Part shown: positions 9,806 through 18,636 of the stretch, one piece after another
How positions within the stretch are numbered: the first letter of the stretch is position 1
How the letters are laid out: every line of letters starts with the position of its first letter
NCBI RefSeq assembly: GCF_000196355.1
Contig: NC_007614.1
Coordinates: forward strand, 210,001-242,000
Reading direction: 5' to 3'
DNA length: 32,000 bases
Source of the DNA: Nitrosospira multiformis ATCC 25196
GTDB taxonomy: Bacteria; Pseudomonadota; Gammaproteobacteria; Burkholderiales; Nitrosomonadaceae
The notes under the pieces: generated by a model
What the model was told of the DNA's origin: nothing
Database searches by the model: none
The model's input: only the letters and a program-made list of their open reading frames with translations
Translations under genes and position numbers: made by a program

Positions 9806-10633
9806 ATGGCCATTTACGCAGTCGGTGACTTGCAAGGTTGCTATCGCGAGTTCCGGGAACTCCTCGACCTGGTTCGTTTCGACGAGACGAAAGACAAGCT
9901 GTGGCTGGTGGGAGACCTGGTCAACCGGGGACCGGACTCGCTCTCGGTATTGCGCTTCGTAAAAGAGTTGAACGACTCTGCAATAATGGTACTGGGCAAT
10001 CATGATCTGCATCTGCTCCTGGTTGCGGAAGGGTGCGCGGAGCTAAGCCGGAGCGATACCTTGCAGAACATCCTCGATGCACCCGATCGGGATGAATTGC
10101 TCGATTGGCTGCGGCGACAGAAGCTGTTGCATGTGGACGGAAACTACGTCATGGTGCACGCCGGCCTGTTGCCTTCCTGGAGTATCGAACAGGCGCAAGT
10201 GCTTGCTGCGCTGGTAGAGAGCGCCTTACGGGGAAGCGAATTCCATGAATTCTGCCGTCAGATGTACGGGAACCGGCCGGACCACTGGAATGAAACCCTC
10301 CACGGATATGAACGCCTGCGTGTAATCGTCAATGCCATGACGCGGATGCGCGTGTGCACTCCCCATGGAAGAATGGATTTTGCCCACAAGGGTTCGGTCA
10401 AGGACATTCCTCCCGGCTATTTGCCCTGGTTCGACGTGCCGGAGCGAGCCAGCCGGAAGGCAACCGTCATCTGCGGTCATTGGTCAGCTCTGGGTCTAGA
10501 GATCAGGGCCAATCTGATGGCGCTCGATACCGGGTGCTTATGGGGAGGCAGTCTTACGGCTGTTCGTCTGGAGGATCGGAAGGTTTTCCAGACGGAGTGT
10601 GGGGCAGGGGGAGCGACAAGGCATTGGCAATAG
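9806..10633 (+). CDS. apaH: Bis(5'-nucleosyl)-tetraphosphatase, symmetrical
   Basis: MAIYAVGDLQGCYREF, LVGDLVNRGPDSL, VLGNHDLHLL and VMVHAGLLPSW motifs. Confidence 0.94.
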   Translation: MAIYAVGDLQGCYREFRELLDLVRFDETKDKLWLVGDLVNRGPDSLSVLRFVKELNDSAIMVLGNHDLHLLLVAEGCAELSRSDTLQNILDAPDRDELLDWLRRQKLLHVDGNYVMVHAGLLPSWSIEQAQVLAALVESALRGSEFHEFCRQMYGNRPDHWNETLHGYERLRVIVNAMTRMRVCTPHGRMDFAHKGSVKDIPPGYLPWFDVPERASRKATVICGHWSALGLEIRANLMALDTGCLWGGSLTAVRLEDRKVFQTECGAGGATRHWQ

Positions 10634-11369
10634 CGTGCTCCGCGCTTCTTGCAAGCTCGCGGCGATTTTTCCCATGACTATCGATCGCCTCCGTAAAGAC
10701 GAGTTCGACATCGATATGTGGCTGGCTCAATACTTGTCTTACCGATTCAAGTAATGAGATACGAAAGTATGCCGCAGCCTTGCTGATGTTACCCGCCGTG
10801 TCGGTGTAGCGGATTGCCACCGGATGCAGCATCGCCGACACGGTCACGGCGGGTTGCAGCAACGAGGCATGGAAATGATGGAGTACGGTGCCATCGCTGG
10901 TACCGCCCTCGGGAAATACCGCTACCCGGTCGCCGTTGTTGAGCGCCTCTGAAATGTGGTCGTTTATTCTGGCCGTGTCTCTGCGCTTCGTGCGCTCGAT
11001 GAACAAGGTGCCCACATTATTGCTCAGCCAACCAAACAGGGGCCAGCCCCGGATTTCAGATTTTGCGACAAACCGGGCGGGGCATACGCTGATAATCGAA
11101 TACACGTCCAGCCAGGATACATGATTAGCCGCCAGCATTACGCGCTGGGTTCCCGCGGCAGGCAATATTCCTTGATGGCGCACCCTGACTCCCAGAATTG
11201 AAAGAAGCCGCACTGACCATTTTTGCGCCATGCGTCTCTGGGTCCTTTGACCGACATGCGGATAGATCGCGGATTGAATCAATCCGGAAGCGATGTGAAG
11301 CAGAAGACGAGTCCAGCGTACTGCTCTTGTCAGCGGGCTGGCGGTGAGACTGGTTGTAACGTTGGGCAT
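10554..11369 (-). CDS. Lysophospholipid acyltransferase (PlsC-like 1-acylglycerol-3-phosphate O-acyltransferase)
   Basis: AANHVSWLDVY (NHxxxxD) and VAVFPEGGTSDG motifs. The C-terminus overlaps the 3' end of apaH by 80 bp. Confidence 0.88.
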   Translation of the reverse strand: MPNVTTSLTASPLTRAVRWTRLLLHIASGLIQSAIYPHVGQRTQRRMAQKWSVRLLSILGVRVRHQGILPAAGTQRVMLAANHVSWLDVYSIISVCPARFVAKSEIRGWPLFGWLSNNVGTLFIERTKRRDTARINDHISEALNNGDRVAVFPEGGTSDGTVLHHFHASLLQPAVTVSAMLHPVAIRYTDTAGNISKAAAYFRISLLESVRQVLSQPHIDVELVFTEAIDSHGKNRRELARSAEHAIANALSLPLPHTPSGKPSDPPDEQP

Positions 11370-11480
11370 GCCGTAATATTAGCGCATTCCGGACGCGGGA
11401 ATCGATGCAACCGGAAGCTGAAATTCACATCCTGCCTGATGCTGAAGGTCATCTAAGGGGTGCCTGATTGATAACGGGGC

Positions 11481-11939
11481 CTAATGGGTAACGCGCGAGA
11501 CTCCGCCACCCGATAAAATCCTTACCCGGTCGCCGGGCCTGAATTCTTCATCGGCCGCCTGCGTGATGGCAACAAGGGAACCGTTGTCGAGTCTCACCGT
11601 AATTTCAACGCCCTTCCGGCCGGTTACACCTTCCTCTGCCACCTGGCCGAGCAGACCTCCGCCCACTGCTCCGGCAAGGGCTCCCAGGGCGCCGAGCCAC
11701 CCATGGGCAATCTGAGCGCCACCGATTCCACCGGCGACCCCCCCTGCTACTGTCCCGATACCACTGCGCGTGCCTTCCAGTCTTACTTCACGCACGCTTT
11801 CGATCACCCCCGTTCGCACGCTCTGCTCCTGCCGCGCCTCGCCGCGAGCATAGTCGCCCCCCCCTTGTCCTGCTACGCAGCCGTTCAAAAGCAGCGCACC
11901 TGAGCAGAGGAAGGTTATGGCTAGAATGTGCTGTTTCAT
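11481..11939 (-). CDS. Glycine-zipper outer-membrane lipoprotein (SlyB/17 kDa antigen-like)
   Basis: Lipobox LLLNGC, glycine-zipper GTVAGGVAGGIGG...GALAGAVGGGLLG, and a C-terminal basic/beta region. Confidence 0.82.
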   Translation of the reverse strand: MKQHILAITFLCSGALLLNGCVAGQGGGDYARGEARQEQSVRTGVIESVREVRLEGTRSGIGTVAGGVAGGIGGAQIAHGWLGALGALAGAVGGGLLGQVAEEGVTGRKGVEITVRLDNGSLVAITQAADEEFRPGDRVRILSGGGVSRVTH

Positions 11940-11951
11940 TGCCCTCTCATT

Positions 11952-12887
11952 CTATAGAATGCGGTTTCCGAAAACCTCATAGTAGCGCTGGTCGATCTCA
12001 TCCCGGCTGAAGCGGTGGTTCTGTCCACCACGCTGGCCGATTTTCAGTGCCCCCATGAGCGAACCGAGGCGTCCGGCGCTTTGCCAATCCATTCCCTTGG
12101 CAATTCCATAAAGCAAGCCTGCCCGATATGCATCGCCACACCCCGTGGGATCAGCCACCCTGTCCGGCTTAACGCACGGAATCTCGATCTGTTGACCATC
12201 CGCATAAACCGTCGATCCTTGTGCCCCCTTTGTGACAATCAATCCCTTTACAAGTTTCGCCAGCGCCTCCAGCGTAAGACCGGTTCGTTCCTGCAGCAAC
12301 TGCGCCTCATAATCGTTGGCGGCGACATAGTCCGCCTTGCGGATGAAATCGAGCAACTCTTCGCCATTGAACATGGGCAGCCCCTGGCCCGGGTCGAACA
12401 TGAAGGGAATACCTGCTTCATGAAATTCGCGCGCATGCTGCAACATGCCGTCGCGCCCATCGGGCGCTACAATGCCGAGGCTCACGTTTTCCGCAGCAGC
12501 GATGTGATTTTCATGCGAACTGTTCATTGCTCCCGGATGAAAAGCGGTTATCTGGTTGTCGGCCAGATCCGTAGTGATGAACGCCTGGGCAGTGAACGAG
12601 CCTTGGATGTGCCGTATATGTGTTTGCACCAGATTCAGATCTGAAAGGCGTTTCGCATATGGCTCATAGTCATCCCCCACCGTCGCCATAATGAGGGGGG
12701 AGCCTCCCATCATCTGTAAATTGTAGGCAATATTGCCGGCACAGCCGCCAAATTCCCTGCGCATATCCGGTACCAGGAAAGCAACGTTCAGTATGTGAAT
12801 TTTCTCCGGCAGGATATGGTTCCTGAAATGATCGCCGAAAACCATAATGGTGTCATAGGCGATGGAGCCGCAAATGAGTGTATGCAT
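11952..12887 (-). CDS. PfkB-family carbohydrate/nucleoside kinase
   Basis: N-terminal GSIAYDTI and FGGCAGNIAYNL; C-terminal PfkB signature DPTGCGDAYRAGLLYG. Confidence 0.88.
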   Translation of the reverse strand: MHTLICGSIAYDTIMVFGDHFRNHILPEKIHILNVAFLVPDMRREFGGCAGNIAYNLQMMGGSPLIMATVGDDYEPYAKRLSDLNLVQTHIRHIQGSFTAQAFITTDLADNQITAFHPGAMNSSHENHIAAAENVSLGIVAPDGRDGMLQHAREFHEAGIPFMFDPGQGLPMFNGEELLDFIRKADYVAANDYEAQLLQERTGLTLEALAKLVKGLIVTKGAQGSTVYADGQQIEIPCVKPDRVADPTGCGDAYRAGLLYGIAKGMDWQSAGRLGSLMGALKIGQRGGQNHRFSRDEIDQRYYEVFGNRIL

Positions 12888-12913
12888 GGGAGGCGCCCGG
12901 AAAGTCTGAATCG

Positions 12914-14416
12914 TTAAGCTACGCTTACGGTTGGGATCGGGGTGAGGGTTTCAGTCCTGGTTATGTTGCGCGTGGGTGCTTTCCAGGCCAGATCCAGCTC
13001 GCGTGCGGCCTTTACGTCATCCAGCCGGCGGACGGGCGTGGTATGAGGCGCGCTTTTCACCAGGTCCGGCTGCGTACGGGTTTCCTCCAGGATTTCCTTC
13101 ATTGCTGTTACGAAGGCGTCCAGCGTCTCCTTTGATTCGGTTTCAGCGGGTTCAATCAGCAGGCATTCCGGCACGAGGAGCGGAAAATAGGTCGTTGGAG
13201 CATGGTAACCCTTATCCAGCAGACGCTTGGCGAGATTCATCGCGGTGACGCCAGTTTTTTCCTTCAGGTCCTTCAGGGTAACGATAAATTCATGACTGGC
13301 CCTGCGGTTGGGATAGGCGATCTCGAAACCCGCCTTTCGCAGTTCAGCCATCAGGTAGTTGGCGTTAAGCGCCGCAAACTCGGCCACTCGATGCATGCCT
13401 TCCGCCCCCAGCAGACGCACGTACACATAGGCGCGCAACAGAACGCCTGCGTTACCCATGTGCGCCGAAAGCCTTCCGATCGATTGCGGTATATCCTTCT
13501 CCGTCTGCCAGCGATAGGTTCCGTTTTCAAATGCCACTATAGGTACAGGCATAAACGGCAACAGCCTCGGTGCGACGCCCACCGGGGCCGAGCCCGGGCC
13601 TCCACCGCCGTGCGGAGTGGAAAACGTCTTGTGAAGATTGATGTGAATGACGTCAAAGCCCATGTCGCCTGGCTTGACCTTACCAAGTATGGCGTTCAGG
13701 TTTGCGCCATCGTAATAGAGCAATCCGCCTGCCTGGTGGACAATCCTGCTCATCTCGGCGACGTTCTCTTCAAATACACCGAGCGTGGAAGGATTGGTCA
13801 GCATCAGCCCAGCCGTTTTCGGGCCGACCGCGGCTTTCAGGGCAGCCATGTCCACATTACCTTCCTTGTCGGTGGCGATCTCGACGACTTTGTAGCCGCA
13901 CATGACCGCTGTAGCAGGGTTGGTGCCATGCGCCGCATCGGGAACGATGATTTCGGTTCGGGCCGTGTCCCCCCGCGACTCGTGATAGGCGCGTATCATT
14001 GCGATGCCGATCAGCTCGCCCTGTGCTCCCGCCATGGGCGTAAGGCTTACCCCGGCCATACCGGTTACATCTTTCAGAATTTCCTGCAGCTCGTACATGC
14101 ACGCAAGAAATCCCTGGCCGGTGCTTTCCGGCGATCTGGGATGGCGCGCCAGAAACTGGGGCAGCATCGCGAGGGAGTTGCACGCCCTTGGGTTGTACTT
14201 CATCGTGCAGGAACCCAACGGATAAAAATGCGTGTCTATCGAAAAATTCTTTTGCGACAGCCGGGTGTAGTGGCGCACTGCGTCCATCTCCGACACTTCA
14301 GGCAGCAGCGGCAGGGTCTTGCGCAACAGCTTCTCCGGAATATCCGTTGCTTCCGCAGCTTTCGGAGATTGGGAATAATTGCGCCGGCCAGGGCGAGAAT
14401 GTTCAAATATCAGCAT
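12914..14416 (-). CDS. gcvPB: Glycine dehydrogenase (decarboxylating) subunit 2
   Basis: [24 protein letters not shown] and the PLP lysine motif [21 protein letters not shown]. Confidence 0.95.
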   Translation of the reverse strand: MLIFEHSRPGRRNYSQSPKAAEATDIPEKLLRKTLPLLPEVSEMDAVRHYTRLSQKNFSIDTHFYPLGSCTMKYNPRACNSLAMLPQFLARHPRSPESTGQGFLACMYELQEILKDVTGMAGVSLTPMAGAQGELIGIAMIRAYHESRGDTARTEIIVPDAAHGTNPATAVMCGYKVVEIATDKEGNVDMAALKAAVGPKTAGLMLTNPSTLGVFEENVAEMSRIVHQAGGLLYYDGANLNAILGKVKPGDMGFDVIHINLHKTFSTPHGGGGPGSAPVGVAPRLLPFMPVPIVAFENGTYRWQTEKDIPQSIGRLSAHMGNAGVLLRAYVYVRLLGAEGMHRVAEFAALNANYLMAELRKAGFEIAYPNRRASHEFIVTLKDLKEKTGVTAMNLAKRLLDKGYHAPTTYFPLLVPECLLIEPAETESKETLDAFVTAMKEILEETRTQPDLVKSAPHTTPVRRLDDVKAARELDLAWKAPTRNITRTETLTPIPTVSVA

Positions 14417-14578
14417 GGGTTCAATCCGGTGTTTGCTAAGTGAATGTGTTGAAAGATATTGACAGGCAGGAGTCCGACTTCCTCTGCCTCAGAGCCGCGA
14501 GTAGGAGGGCGCGTATTCCGCAGGCGCCGGATACCCCCTCATCGACCAAAGGCGATGCATTCCACATGTCGGTCCTGT

Positions 14579-15076
14579 TCAGGATTCCAGTGCCTTCAGC
14601 GCCGCCTCATAATCCGGCTCTTCCTTGATTTCCGGGACAAGTTGCGCATGGGTGACCTTGTCGTTTTCATCCAGGACCACGACAGCCCGGGCCGTGATCC
14701 CCGCAAGAGGACTGTCCGTAATCGCCACCCCGTAGTTTTTCATGAATTCCGCCCCGCGCATCGTGGAAAGCGGTACCACCTTGTCGAGTCCTTCCATGTC
14801 GCAAAAGCGGCTCATTGCGAAGGGCAGATCGGCAGCAATGATCAACACCACCGTGTTTTCCATATTGCTGGCCTGCTCGTTGAACTTGCGGGTGGACATG
14901 GCGCAGACCGGGGTATCAAGGCTGGGAACAATGTTGAGCACTTTTTTCTTGCCCGCAAAATCGGCCAGGGTGACATCTTTCAAATCCCTGTTTACCAGAG
15001 AGAAATCGGGTGCCTTGTCGCCTACCTTGGGGAAGGTGCCTTCAACTTTGATGGGATTGCCGGCTAGGGTAACCAT
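14579..15076 (-). CDS. tpx: Thiol peroxidase, atypical 2-Cys peroxiredoxin
   Basis: Peroxidatic Cys in [15 protein letters not shown], resolving Cys in LPFAMSRFC, and N-terminal GNPIKVEG. Confidence 0.93.
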   Translation of the reverse strand: MVTLAGNPIKVEGTFPKVGDKAPDFSLVNRDLKDVTLADFAGKKKVLNIVPSLDTPVCAMSTRKFNEQASNMENTVVLIIAADLPFAMSRFCDMEGLDKVVPLSTMRGAEFMKNYGVAITDSPLAGITARAVVVLDENDKVTHAQLVPEIKEEPDYEAALKALES

Positions 15077-15132
15077 ACTGTTTCTCCTTTAAGATGTGGG
15101 ATGGCTGCTAAACGTCCAATGCGATATCGGTG

Positions 15133-16491
15133 CTATGAATTCCTGATGACTTCGCCCAGTTGCGTGACATAATTTTCCATGTCCCCGGACGTTTTCGTTT
15201 CGGTTGCGCACACCAGCACGGCATCTCCAAGTTCCGGATAGTACTCCTTGAGATTGAGTCCACCCAATATCCGTCGGGCTTCGAGTGCCTGCAATACACT
15301 GGCAGAGGGACGAGGCAGGGAGATAACCGCTTCATGGAACACGGGCCCGCTGAATACTCTTTTCACGCCCTTCAGCTTTTCCAGTTTTTCCAGTAATGCT
15401 GCCGTATTTGCATGCGACTGGGCAGCAGTCCGGCGCAAGCCTTCCGGGCCCAGCAAGGCCAGGTAGATGGTTGCGGCCGTAACCATGAGTCCCTGATTGG
15501 TACAAATATTGGAGGTGGCCTTGGATCGCCGGATGTGCTGTTCCCGCGCCTGGAGCGTAAGAACGAAGCCATCGCTACCTTCCTGATCCGTCGTGCGACC
15601 GATAATGCGGCCGGGCATCTGGCGCACCAGGGGCTGTTTGCAGGCCATAAAACCGAAATACGGTCCTCCACTGGACAAGGGAATGCCCAATGGCTGCCCT
15701 TCACCGACGGCAATGTCTGCCCCTTTCTCGCCCCACTCGCCGGGTGGAGTCAGCATTGCCAGTGCCATGGGATTCACGACGGCGATGGCAAAAGCATCTC
15801 TGCTCTGAGCCCAGTCGGTCAGCGTATCGACATCCTCAAGCACGCCGAAAAAGTTCGGCTGGGGAATCACGAGCGCTGCGAATTCTTCGCTGCCAAAGTT
15901 TTTCAGCCCGTCCAGCGAAGTCTGCCCGGAAAGTTTGTCGTAGGGAACCTCCACCACCTCAATTCCCTGGTTTTTGACAATGGCGCGTACCACACTGCGA
16001 TAGACGGGATGCACGGTCTGCGGGATCAAAATCCGGCGCGAGGTCCGATGCGAACGCACCGCCATCAGGGCGGCTTCCGCCAGGGCCGAGGCACCGTCGT
16101 ACATGCTGGCGTTGGAAACATCCATTCCCGTCAGCGACGCCATCATGGTCTGGTACTCATAGAGCAATTGCAGGGTGCCCTGGCTGGCCTCCGCCTGATA
16201 AGGCGTATAGGAGGAGTAGAATTCCCCCCGCGTGGCAATCTGCCAGACAGCCGCCGGAATATGGTGCTCATAAGCACCCGCACCGATGAAATTCAGGTAG
16301 CGTCCATCCTGCTCGGCGCGCTCCAGCATCAAACGCGATATTTCCATTTCGCTCAAGCCGGGCGGCACCCGCTTCAGGCTTCCGGTCTTCAGCGCGGGTG
16401 GAATTTCATCGAACAGCTCATCAATGCTGTTTGCGCCAATGCTCGCGAGCATGGCTTGTATATCTTCTTCAGTATGTGGAATGAACGGCAT
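15133..16491 (-). CDS. gcvPA: Glycine dehydrogenase (decarboxylating) subunit 1
   Basis: [31 protein letters not shown]-like [61 protein letters not shown]. Confidence 0.95.
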   Translation of the reverse strand: MPFIPHTEEDIQAMLASIGANSIDELFDEIPPALKTGSLKRVPPGLSEMEISRLMLERAEQDGRYLNFIGAGAYEHHIPAAVWQIATRGEFYSSYTPYQAEASQGTLQLLYEYQTMMASLTGMDVSNASMYDGASALAEAALMAVRSHRTSRRILIPQTVHPVYRSVVRAIVKNQGIEVVEVPYDKLSGQTSLDGLKNFGSEEFAALVIPQPNFFGVLEDVDTLTDWAQSRDAFAIAVVNPMALAMLTPPGEWGEKGADIAVGEGQPLGIPLSSGGPYFGFMACKQPLVRQMPGRIIGRTTDQEGSDGFVLTLQAREQHIRRSKATSNICTNQGLMVTAATIYLALLGPEGLRRTAAQSHANTAALLEKLEKLKGVKRVFSGPVFHEAVISLPRPSASVLQALEARRILGGLNLKEYYPELGDAVLVCATETKTSGDMENYVTQLGEVIRNS

Positions 16492-16581
16492 GATTTGTTC
16501 CGTGAATCATCGGTGAGGCGTAAAAGGCAGGGAAATGACAGCGGGAGCAAGGCCCCGTTCCATTTCCCTCAAGTGATTTGA

Positions 16582-16971
16582 TTAATGGTCTTCGCTTTCG
16601 AGCAGTTTCTGGTATCCGGCAGAATCGAGCAATTTTTCCAGATCAGCGGTGTTTGCCGGTTTCAGTCTGAAAAGCCAGGCCGCATACGCGTCCTGGTTGA
16701 TTTTTTCCGGAGCGGAGGCGAGTTCCGGATTAGCGGCGGTGACTTCTCCCGTAATCGGCGCGTAAACATCGGCTGCCGCCTTTACCGATTCAACTACGGC
16801 ACATTCATCCCCTTGCTTGAGCTGGCGGCCCACTGCGGGGGTTTCAACGAATACCATGTCCCCGAGCAACTCCTGAGCATGCTGGGTAATACCGATAGTT
16901 GCCGTGCCGTCATCTTCGAGACGCACCCATTCATGGGATTTCGTGTATTTCAGATCATTCGGAATACTCAT
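16582..16971 (-). CDS. gcvH: Glycine cleavage system H protein
   Basis: [25 protein letters not shown], and lipoyl-lysine motif [19 protein letters not shown]. Confidence 0.95.
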   Translation of the reverse strand: MSIPNDLKYTKSHEWVRLEDDGTATIGITQHAQELLGDMVFVETPAVGRQLKQGDECAVVESVKAAADVYAPITGEVTAANPELASAPEKINQDAYAAWLFRLKPANTADLEKLLDSAGYQKLLESEDH

Positions 16972-17012
16972 GTCTTTGCTCCAGAATTAAATGATAGTGC
17001 TTTGCCGTTTCA

Positions 17013-18095
17013 TCAAACGAGAATCTTGCCATTGCGGACGAAAGGATATTTCACGACCTTCGCTTTCAGCCGTTTATCCCGAACAACGACCTGAACTTCG
17101 TCTCCGGGAGAGACGTCCAGAGGCAGGCGCGCCAGAGCAATAGACTGATTGAGTGTGGGCGAGAAGCCTCCGCTGGTAATTTCACCCTCGCCCCCGTCGT
17201 TTTGTGTAACCACCTTCTGATGGCTGCGCAATACTCCGCGATCCAACAACACCAGCCCAGTCAGTTGCTGGGTGACGGGCCTGTCCAGAAGCGCCTGCTT
17301 CCCGATGAAGTCGCGATCGCTCTTCAAATCCACCGTCCAGCCCAGCCCCGCTTCCAGGGGGTTGATGGTTTCATCCATATCCTGCCCGTAAAGGTTCATG
17401 CCCGCTTCGAGCCGGAGCGTATCTCTTGCCCCCAAGCCGGCGGGGGCCACTCCCGCGGCGTGAAGTTTATTCCAGAAATTCGTGGCATCGGCTGCGGGAA
17501 GCGTAATCTCGAAACCGTCTTCTCCGGTGTAACCTGTGCGGGCGATAAAGTACTTGTCAAAAAAGGCTGCCTGGAACAGCTTCAGATTCTCCGTGTCCGT
17601 CTGAGAGCCCGGAAGTACCTGCCACACCTTGGCGCGGGCGTTGGGGCCTTGCACTGCGATCATCGCTAGATCCCTGCGGGGCGTGATTTCAAGACCGGGG
17701 GCAATACGGTCGCGTTGCGAAAGCATCCATGCCATATCCTTATCGGCGGTCCCTGCATTGACCACCATCCGGAAATGCGATTCCGTCAGAAAATAGATGA
17801 TAAGATCATCTATTACTCCGCCGTCGGGGTTGAGCATGCAGGAGTAAAGCGCCTTGCCTAGCTGCGTCAGTTTGTCTATATTGTTGGCAACCAGTTGCCG
17901 CAGGAACGCGCGCGCGCTCTCTCCCTCGATGTCGACGGCGAGCATATGGGACACATCGAACATGCCCGCATCGCTGCGCACCTTGTGGTGCTCATCAAGC
18001 TGCGAACCGTAATGCAGGGGCATGTCCCAGCCGCCAAAATCCACCATCTTGGCGTTCATATCGCGGTGGGTTTGATTTAGAGGAGTTGTTTTCAC
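17013..18095 (-). CDS. gcvT: Glycine cleavage system T protein (aminomethyltransferase)
   Basis: [31 protein letters not shown] and [10 protein letters not shown]. The track start at 18110 is a TTG inside the terminator T-tract region. The GTG at 18095 (VKTTPLN...) fits the family N-terminus better. Confidence 0.93.
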   Translation of the reverse strand: MKTTPLNQTHRDMNAKMVDFGGWDMPLHYGSQLDEHHKVRSDAGMFDVSHMLAVDIEGESARAFLRQLVANNIDKLTQLGKALYSCMLNPDGGVIDDLIIYFLTESHFRMVVNAGTADKDMAWMLSQRDRIAPGLEITPRRDLAMIAVQGPNARAKVWQVLPGSQTDTENLKLFQAAFFDKYFIARTGYTGEDGFEITLPAADATNFWNKLHAAGVAPAGLGARDTLRLEAGMNLYGQDMDETINPLEAGLGWTVDLKSDRDFIGKQALLDRPVTQQLTGLVLLDRGVLRSHQKVVTQNDGGEGEITSGGFSPTLNQSIALARLPLDVSPGDEVQVVVRDKRLKAKVVKYPFVRNGKILV

Positions 18096-18108
18096 AGATC
18101 GATATCCC

Positions 18109-18143
18109 AAAAAAAAGGTGAGGTCATGCCTGATGACCTCACC
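18109..18143 (-). terminator. Intrinsic terminator between the glycine riboswitch and gcvT
   Basis: Minus strand: GGTGAGGTCAT-CAGGC-ATGACCTCACC (perfect 11 bp stem, + strand arms 18117-18127 and 18133-18143) followed by an uninterrupted run of at least 8 U. Confidence 0.85.
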
Positions 18144-18157
18144 CCTCTGTCCTTTTT

Positions 18158-18235
18158 ACCTGAGAGATTACGGGCAGGATTTTCCCTGCTCCGTCTGCCC
18201 CTTCGGTGGCCAGCCCAATGCCGGCACTCTCCAGA
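18158..18235 (-). promoter_or_regulatory. Glycine riboswitch, second (gene-proximal) aptamer
   Basis: Minus strand contains GGAGAG...GGCCACCGAAGGGGCAGACGG...AATCTCTCAGGT, matching the conserved glycine aptamer elements, upstream of gcvT. Confidence 0.9.
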
Positions 18236-18283
18236 TTGCCTTTTCGCAAGCGGTTATCAGGGATCAAGATCGACATGATCTGC

Positions 18284-18345
18284 GCCTGAGCGATTCCGGG
18301 GGGTTGCGCCTTCGGCGGCGATGATGAGTTCGCGCTCTTCCGCTT
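18284..18345 (-). promoter_or_regulatory. Glycine riboswitch, first (5') aptamer
   Basis: Minus strand contains GCGGAAGAGCGCG...GCCGCCGAAGGCGCAACCCCCCGGAATCGCTCAGGC, with the same core as the proximal aptamer about 50 nt downstream. Confidence 0.8.
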
Positions 18346-18367
18346 GGATATAAATGGCGAAATTCGA

Positions 18368-18397
18368 ACTATACCCTAGCATGCGGGATCAATACAA
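18368..18397 (-). promoter_or_regulatory. Putative sigma70-type promoter for the gcv cluster
   Basis: Minus strand TTGTAT - 18 bp - TATAGT. The predicted start at about 18361 is just 5' of aptamer 1. Confidence 0.4.
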
Positions 18398-18457
18398 GGT
18401 TTAAAGCTCCTTTGGAACTCCTTTAGAAGATAAGCTCCCGGATGTCCCCCCGTTCCG

Positions 18458-18499
18458 TTTTGTATAGATGGTTTTGTATAGATGGTTTTGTATAGATGG
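18458..18499. repeat. Three perfect tandem copies of the 14-mer TTTTGTATAGATGG
   Basis: Read directly: 18458-18471, 18472-18485 and 18486-18499 are identical. Confidence 0.97.
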
Positions 18500-18636
18500 G
18501 ATATAAGGTTCATCGAGGAATTTTATGTTCCATAGTGTATCTTATTCAGAATTCCTGATTAGAGTTCTTGACAGCTGCCAAGCGGCCCTAATACTACGGA
18601 ACACACCCTCCAGGCGGATCGGACAACGAGGCGGCA

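Noticed and set aside
13202-14443. 413-codon plus-strand ORF
   Set aside because: Antisense to nearly all of gcvPB, whose conserved motifs (including the PLP lysine) are clear; the antisense translation has no recognisable motif.
15412-16581. 389-codon plus-strand ORF
   Set aside because: Antisense shadow of gcvPA; no family motifs.
16585-17669. Plus-strand ORFs at 16585-17094 and 17202-17669
   Set aside because: Antisense to gcvH and gcvT, which explain the sequence.
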